This document shows positions 58,340 to 64,000 of a DNA stretch of 64,000 nucleotides, in pieces. The position numbers were made by a program, and so were the translations under genes. The stretch spans positions 136,577-200,576 of the forward strand of contig JBEKKK010000002.1 in the NCBI GenBank assembly GCA_050010755.1, written 5' to 3'. This stretch comes from Candidatus Bathyarchaeia archaeon (GTDB lineage: Archaea > Thermoproteota > Bathyarchaeia > Bathyarchaeales > Bathycorpusculaceae). The notes under the pieces were generated by a model. That model had not been told where the DNA came from, did not search any database, and saw nothing but the letters and a program-made list of their open reading frames with translations. Each line of letters starts with the position of its first letter. Positions within the stretch are counted from its first letter, which is position 1.

Positions 58340-58945
58340 ATGCGCTCCCATGACAAGCGAAGGAGCAAGATTAGAGAATCAGTGGTTATCTGCATTGGAG
58401 GGATGGCTGGCAGTGGAAAAAGCACGGTGGCAAGAAGACTGGCTGAGAAATATAAAATGGAGTATCTTTCTGGCGGGGATGCCTTAAAGGCCCTAGCAGT
58501 CGAAGAAGGTTACAAATTCCTTGGACCAGGATGGTGGGAAAGCAGTGAAGGGATGCGTTTTTTGGCAGAAAGAGAGAAGGATCACAGGTTCGATGAGGCA
58601 GTTGATGGGAAGCTTTTGCAGATGGCGCGCAAAGGCGACGTAATCTTGGACAGTTGGACGATGCCTTGGTTGCTTGAAGGTGCTTTTAAGATATGGCTGG
58701 AGGCCTCTTCCGAAAGGAGGGCGGAGAGAATAGCTGAAAGGGACAGATTGACCTTTGAAGAAGCTTTGAATGTTTTGAGGCGCAAGGAGAAACAGACAAA
58801 GGCGATATACAAGGAACTCTACGGTTTCAATCTGGGGGAAGATTTCGCGCCTTTTAATTTTATCTTGGACACGAACAGTCTAGAAAGCGACGAAGTCTTC
58901 AAGATAGTGTGCATGGTACTGGATAATGTTGTCTTCAAAACGTAA
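58340..58945 (+). CDS. cmk: Cytidylate kinase (archaeal type)
   Basis: GMAGSGKST P-loop, SGGD, RAERIAERD; follows L34e. Confidence 0.85.
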   Translation: MRSHDKRRSKIRESVVICIGGMAGSGKSTVARRLAEKYKMEYLSGGDALKALAVEEGYKFLGPGWWESSEGMRFLAEREKDHRFDEAVDGKLLQMARKGDVILDSWTMPWLLEGAFKIWLEASSERRAERIAERDRLTFEEALNVLRRKEKQTKAIYKELYGFNLGEDFAPFNFILDTNSLESDEVFKIVCMVLDNVVFKT

Positions 58946-59170
58946 AACTGCTAAAAACACACGACAAAAACAAGAGGTCTTCGGGAGAGCAGTTTTTACG
59001 TGCTGGAAGGGAAGGAAAACGTGACTGCGTGAGTAGGAATCTTGTCTCAGGCAACAATTGCGATTGATGAGGGGATCGATTAAGCCCAGCCTAATGCGCG
59101 TTGGCCGTCTTTTTTTTTCTAGTGAAGGAAACAGCTATGTCGCGCATTTCTTCCGTCTTGAAGCACTTCT

Positions 59171-59305
59171 TCATGTCAAACCTTGGTTATGTCGCTCGAT
59201 GTCTTCAAGCTCGATCGCTTCGCGCAATTTCTGAAGAATTTCGGCGTCGGGCTTCTCTTCTACAGAATGTTCAAGGTCACGAAGTTCTAAAAACGTCCTC
59301 CGCAT
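59171..59305 (-). CDS. Putative 44-aa small protein (not in ORF track)
   Basis: MRRTFLELRDLEHSVEEKPDAEILQKLREAIELEDIERHNQGLT; TATATATA (59334-59341) about 29 nt upstream of ATG. Confidence 0.4.
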   Translation of the reverse strand: MRRTFLELRDLEHSVEEKPDAEILQKLREAIELEDIERHNQGLT

Positions 59306-59661
59306 CTCGGCGGTTGTCTCTGTTTTGAATCTCTATATATAGCTTGTGCAGCAGAATTTTTCTGCGCAAGCTTTTTTGGTATTTCGCGTTTGATTTTCAT
59401 TTTTCGAAAGCTTGGTCGAATCTATTAATTCTGTAGAAGCCGCGCGCTGCGAGCGCCTTCTATCGGTTGCATTTCCTGAAAACAGGTTCTATTTCTTTAG
59501 GGTTTTTTGATCTCTCGTTTTGTCCGGTTTACTCTTGCCAGAATTTGTGTTTGGGTATTGTATTTAGCAATTTTCAAGCGGAATTGGTTTCTTTGAATTA
59601 GAAGACTGGCGCGGATTTGGCTCATTAGGAAGATTAGGGACACCGTTTTAGCCGCGCTGAA

Positions 59662-60714
59662 TCAAGAATCTTTAGCTTGTTTCTTCTTCAGGAATAGTGT
59701 TGCACTTCTCCATCTGTCGGCTGCCACTTGCAGATTGCCCACAACTGTTCCATGGAGGGAATAGAAAATGTAACATAGGTATGTGCATCGTGTACAGTTA
59801 TGGTAACAGCGCCTTAGACCTTCGAATTTGTCGCTATCCCAGAGGGTGGGCAGGTCTTCGATGGATGCTACGGGATCGTTAACGTGGCAACCGGCAACCC
59901 TGCCAAGGTTGTCTATCATAAGAAAGTTTTGAAGCGCGTGACATCTCCAAGTCCTTTTGTTCTCCGAGTAGAGGGTCTTTACGGCTTCGAGTGTTTTGTT
60001 TGTGATGAGGATCTGGCCATTGTTTCTTTTGAGCGTGCTTAGATGGTCGCAAAGGTTGACCATGGTTTTTTTGTCTGTTATGACAAATTCGTCGTTTTGT
60101 TTCCCAATTTTGAATAATTGATCTCGTTTTTCTGACGGATCGAAAGAGTAGAGGCTGTACCACACAGGGATTTTCTTGGCCAGGAAGTAGTTGGTGATGT
60201 CAGTTATTTCGTACAGGTTCATCTGGGAAATGGTCGGTGCGACGCCTACTCGGATTCCTTCTTTGTTCAGTTTTTCAACTGCTTGCATTGCTTTCTTTAA
60301 TGCGCCCGGAACGCCTCTGATGTAGTCGTTTTTTGTGGGGTTCAAACTGTCTATAGAGATTGCGACGAAGTCAGCTCGGCGTAGCGCATCAATCTTCTGG
60401 GCGGCCATGCTTCCGTTGTCGTACACTGTTGTGATGAAGAGTCGTGATGAATACTGTATTATGTCGCCGATGTCTTCTCTGAGGAGAGGGTTTCCGCCAG
60501 AAAGCACAATTTCCACGATGCCAAGTTCTTTGAGAATGTCCAATCCCTTTTTGATTTCTCTCGTTGAAAGTTCTGTTGCTTCCTGTTCCTGCCAAACGTT
60601 GCATCCTCTACAGCGATAGTTGCATCTTCTTGTGAGCATCCATTGAGCGTGGTAAGGTCTGTTTGGGGTTAATGAACGAACGATAATGGCTCCGGCTTTT
60701 TCCATCGTTTTCAT
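59662..60714 (-). CDS. Radical SAM protein with SPASM/twitch-like C-terminus
   Basis: TRRCNYRCRGC, SGGNPLLR, ISIDS, C-terminal C...GC...CTRCTYLC. Confidence 0.85.
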   Translation of the reverse strand: MKTMEKAGAIIVRSLTPNRPYHAQWMLTRRCNYRCRGCNVWQEQEATELSTREIKKGLDILKELGIVEIVLSGGNPLLREDIGDIIQYSSRLFITTVYDNGSMAAQKIDALRRADFVAISIDSLNPTKNDYIRGVPGALKKAMQAVEKLNKEGIRVGVAPTISQMNLYEITDITNYFLAKKIPVWYSLYSFDPSEKRDQLFKIGKQNDEFVITDKKTMVNLCDHLSTLKRNNGQILITNKTLEAVKTLYSENKRTWRCHALQNFLMIDNLGRVAGCHVNDPVASIEDLPTLWDSDKFEGLRRCYHNCTRCTYLCYIFYSLHGTVVGNLQVAADRWRSATLFLKKKQAKDS

Positions 60715-60947
60715 CAGCGAACAGGCGTGTGCCTATTTGATGATGGTTTGAACTTGTTTTATAAGTTTCTGGTAACTAAGGAACAATGTGCAGCAGAATC
60801 GTGGAAGAGTAGCCCGCGCGTGCCGATCAAGTTGGGGGTTGAACCAGTCGGGTCCTGTCTTGAGATAAGCATTTATTCTATGAGCGATCCAGAATGGTCT
60901 GGTTCCCCTTTGTTCCAAAAATGCCCTCCGTGCACGAGAGAGTGACC

Positions 60948-61685
60948 ATGACGAAGTCTGTAGACGTTGTGATACTCACGAAGAATAGTGAGCGACTGTT
61001 GAGGGAGTGTATTGATTCTGTTTATAGAAACGTGCCAGTCGCGAATCTGATTGTTGTTGATGGTTACTCCAAGGATGATACGATGCGGATAGTGAAGGAG
61101 GTCGAGAAGAAGCATGGCAATGTGATTTTTGTTCAGGACAGGGGGACCAGAGGTAGTGCTAGACAGAAGGCGATGAACGAGGTGAAGAGTGATTGGTTCA
61201 TGTTTGTCGATAGCGACGTCGTCCTGTCTGAGAATTGGTTTGCCAAGGCGGAAAAGCTGATTAAAGATGACGTGGGCGCGGTTTGGGGAATCGAGATTTG
61301 GTCTGTGCTTAGGAAGATGAAGGTTCTGGGGCTTTTTGAGAGGGTTACGATGAAGATTTTTGAAAAGCGGGGTGGGACGCATGATTTGTTGGTTCGTCGC
61401 AAGGCTGTTGAAGGTATTCAGGTGCCTTCTCATTTGCATACTTATGAGGATGCGTACATCAAGTCATGGATTTGCAAGAGAGGTTATAAGGTGATCGGGG
61501 CCTATGAGCCGTATTGTTTTCATTTTAGACCGAATGATGTGTGGACGGTCGGGCAGAACATCGGCTTCATAGTGAGTGACATCAAGTTTGCTGTTCGTCA
61601 TCCTTCGCTTCTGCTTTCGTACGGTTTTTACACGGGTATCGTTATGTATCAAATCGTGTCGCACAAGTGTAAGCCTGTGAACTGA
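60948..61685 (+). CDS. Glycosyltransferase family 2
   Basis: VDVVILTKNS, VVDGYSKDDT, FVDSD, YED. Confidence 0.88.
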   Translation: MTKSVDVVILTKNSERLLRECIDSVYRNVPVANLIVVDGYSKDDTMRIVKEVEKKHGNVIFVQDRGTRGSARQKAMNEVKSDWFMFVDSDVVLSENWFAKAEKLIKDDVGAVWGIEIWSVLRKMKVLGLFERVTMKIFEKRGGTHDLLVRRKAVEGIQVPSHLHTYEDAYIKSWICKRGYKVIGAYEPYCFHFRPNDVWTVGQNIGFIVSDIKFAVRHPSLLLSYGFYTGIVMYQIVSHKCKPVN

Positions 61686-61699
61686 TTAGGCCTGTGATG

Positions 61700-62719
61700 C
61701 TAATGAGTCGGGGAACGTTTCAAGGCCTGCCATAGCTGATCGGTTTCAGGTCTAGTCAGAGTTTCTGTTTTTCCGTTTTCTTGTATTAGCAATCGTTTTT
61801 CTGATGAAGGAAGGAATTCGCCTATTATCTCTGCAGGGATCAGGTTTCTTCTCAGCGTCTCTGCTATTTTTTCTGCGGATGCGGGGTCGGCGGCGATTAG
61901 CAGGCTGCCTGAGGCTATTAGTTGGAGGGGGTCTATTTGATAGAAGTCGCATATACTTGCGGTTTCGGGTTCTATTCTTATTTTTTTTCTGTAGATTTTG
62001 ACGCCTAGGTTTGATGCGTCTGCCATCTCGTGTATGGCTCCGGCTACCCCTCCTTCGGTGGGATCGTGCATGGCGTGTACTCCGCCTGTTCTGAATGCTG
62101 TCAGCGCGTCTTTTACTATGCTTATTCGCCCACGGAATTGTTTGGCGTTCTTGAGGAGTTTTTTGTCCAATGCTTTTCTCAATTGTGTATGTCTGTCGGA
62201 TGCTAGGATCGCTGTGCCTTCTATTCCGGCGCTCTTGGTTAGGATGAGCTTGTCGCCTTGTTTTGCGTCGGCTGCCGTTACGTAGTTGTTTTTCTCGGTT
62301 GTTCCCATCGCGCAGCCTACGACTATGGGGGTTTTCAGGCTGGGAGTCGTTTCGCAGTGTCCGCCGACGATTGCTATTCCCAGGTCTTCGGCGGCTGTGC
62401 TCATCTGCTTGGTTATTGTCTCGACGGTTGTTCTGGTGGACTTTTCTGGGAGCATTATACATGAGAGTAGGAATCTTGGTTCGCAGCCGAATGTTGCCAC
62501 GTCGTTTGCGTTGACGTTGACTGCGAGCCAGCCGATTTGGTCCGCGGCTCCAGTTATGGGATCCATGGAAGAGATCAGCGACACGTTCCCCACGTTGATG
62601 ACGGCACCGTCGACTCCGGCAGAGGGGCCTAGAACTATTTCTGAGCGTGGGGCGCCCAAGTTCCTGAACACTATGTCCTTCAGGATGTCGACGGGGATTT
62701 TTCCTGGCGGGAGCGTCAT
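61700..62719 (-). CDS. AIR synthase (PurM/HypE-like) family protein
   Basis: DPIT, NANDVAT, IVGGHCE, MHDPTEGG; lacks the HypE C-terminal PRIC. Confidence 0.8.
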   Translation of the reverse strand: MTLPPGKIPVDILKDIVFRNLGAPRSEIVLGPSAGVDGAVINVGNVSLISSMDPITGAADQIGWLAVNVNANDVATFGCEPRFLLSCIMLPEKSTRTTVETITKQMSTAAEDLGIAIVGGHCETTPSLKTPIVVGCAMGTTEKNNYVTAADAKQGDKLILTKSAGIEGTAILASDRHTQLRKALDKKLLKNAKQFRGRISIVKDALTAFRTGGVHAMHDPTEGGVAGAIHEMADASNLGVKIYRKKIRIEPETASICDFYQIDPLQLIASGSLLIAADPASAEKIAETLRRNLIPAEIIGEFLPSSEKRLLIQENGKTETLTRPETDQLWQALKRSPTH

Positions 62720-62909
62720 GTCGGTTCACCGTTGTGACGTTATTATGACTGAAGCTTTTAAGCTGTGCCAGAACTGAACGGGTGCGCCCTATCCCCCCTT
62801 TTTTTTCTTTACATCAGATGTAATGTTGCATTTAACAGTCAATATGATTTGTTTACGCTAAACTATTTATAGATGTTTCGCATTATAGTATGGTAAGGAA
62901 AGCGAAAGA

Positions 62910-64000
62910 ATGAAAAAGATTGTATGCGAACAAGAATTCGACTCGATTCTTACGGAATTCCTCAACGGTTTAAAGCCTCATTCTAAGAACGCTTATTCTC
63001 CTTTGTTCAAGTATTGGATTAACTTTAGCGGCATGAACGGAAAAGAAACATTAGAGTTTAGGAAAGCGGACAAAGACGCATTAACCCAAAAGAAGGTTTT
63101 AGCGTTTAAGGCGTGGCTCATTGAGAAAGGCAAGAGCGAAAACTTCGCTACTTTAGGCTCTTCGGCGATTAGAGGCTTTTTGGCTTCGCACAGGTTGAAA
63201 CTCGAATTCACTCGGAGCGAAACGAAAACTCTGCAAGAAACAAACAGAAGCACCCAAGACTATCTTTTCACGAAGGAAGACCTAGCCAAAATGAGTGAGC
63301 AAGCCAGCCTTACCGAGCGTTATGTTCTTCTTGTCGGCAAAAGTGTTGGATTAAGGGCGGGAGATTTTCTAACCTTCACTTACGGCGATTTTCGGAGCAT
63401 CCACATCGAAGGCGAAGCACCAATTAGCTTAGGTGAAGTCGTAACCCAGAAAGAACACATTCCAGCTTACCCATTTCTTGATAGTGACGCTGTGCAAATC
63501 GTTAAGGCATTTTTAGAGCGAACCCCAGACGCTAAAGACAGCGATAAGGTTCTCGATTGGGACGAACAAAGCTTAACCCAATGTCTTCAACGACTGTTCG
63601 AAAAGGCTCATCTCGTAGCTGGCGAAAAAAGAGTAAGATTTCACAACCTACGCAAATATCTGATTGATAGGCTTAGTGCTGTAGCTTCTGAAAGTCAATG
63701 GAAGCAAATTGTAGGCAAGAAAATCGCTGAGGGTGCTTACATTTCAACCGACCAGCTTAGAGATGTCTATCTTAGAGCTATGCCTTCAATCGTGATTAAC
63801 GGAAACGGCAAAACCCATGTTAAGATTGAAGAGCTAGAAAAGGCTCTTGCACAAGCTGAGGACGAAAGAAGAACGGAGACCACGAGAAGAGAACAGACGG
63901 AGAAAAGGCTTGACGAAGTTTTAAAGATTCTTGCCAAAAGACAGGTTAACTTTGAAGAGCATAAGTTCGAGTCTGGAAAGGTGGTATTTCCAAGTAAGGA
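62910..64000 (+). CDS. Tyrosine recombinase/integrase (3'-truncated by window edge; not in ORF track)
   Basis: Hand translation open from ATG 62910 to the edge: SAIRGFLASH, GKSVGLRAGDF (R), TQKE (K), RFHNLRK (HxxR), IVGKKIAEGAY (Y), then coiled-coil tail. Confidence 0.85.
   Translation, partial: MKKIVCEQEFDSILTEFLNGLKPHSKNAYSPLFKYWINFSGMNGKETLEFRKADKDALTQKKVLAFKAWLIEKGKSENFATLGSSAIRGFLASHRLKLEFTRSETKTLQETNRSTQDYLFTKEDLAKMSEQASLTERYVLLVGKSVGLRAGDFLTFTYGDFRSIHIEGEAPISLGEVVTQKEHIPAYPFLDSDAVQIVKAFLERTPDAKDSDKVLDWDEQSLTQCLQRLFEKAHLVAGEKRVRFHNLRKYLIDRLSAVASESQWKQIVGKKIAEGAYISTDQLRDVYLRAMPSIVINGNGKTHVKIEELEKALAQAEDERRTETTRREQTEKRLDEVLKILAKRQVNFEEHKFESGKVVFPSK

Noticed and set aside
59064-59100. Possible C/D-box sRNA (TGATGA box C-like)
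   Set aside because: No appropriately placed CTGA box D or terminal stem found
61752-62729. 325-aa Arg-rich alternative-frame ORF
   Set aside because: Shadow frame over the AIR-synthase-like gene; composition reflects codon bias, no motifs

Overview
Archaeal chromosomal segment, most consistent with Bathyarchaeia (archaeal r-protein cluster with S4e/L32e/L19e/L34e/Rpp29, tetraether synthase, PEF-tailed surface proteins; taxon is inferred, not searched). Left part: an anaerobic redox hub (HdrA-MvhD fusion abutting a four-subunit 2-oxoacid:ferredoxin oxidoreductase, NfnAB/SudAB, TrxB, and a divergent HdrD-like / second HdrA pair), interleaved with housekeeping genes (rps3ae, serS, AlaX, M42 peptidase) and three PEF-CTERM-type surface proteins. 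Middle: a complete acyl-CoA beta-oxidation cluster (EtfBA, two acyl-CoA dehydrogenases, HAD, ECH, thiolase+DUF35, acyl-CoA ligase), a Tes/GDGT-MAS radical SAM gene and hypFCD/hypE. Right: L22-to-cmk ribosomal/SecY cluster interrupted by an Hsp20 gene, then a radical SAM, a GT2, an AIR-synthase-like gene and a tyrosine recombinase running off the right edge (not in the ORF track). Best candidate for an undescribed system: the second HdrA carries an MvhD-like domain that has lost every [2Fe-2S] cysteine and is head-to-head with a soluble HdrD/FadF-like protein close to the ETF/beta-oxidation genes, suggesting a hydrogenase-independent ETF-Hdr electron circuit. Other notable signals: a ~12-bp-phased TTGTTACC array between tes and hypF, a membrane-anchored wHTH regulator, intergenic (GC)n tracts and an L24 minisatellite tail. 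No tRNA, rRNA or CRISPR array was seen. All calls come from reading motifs by eye; no database search was run.
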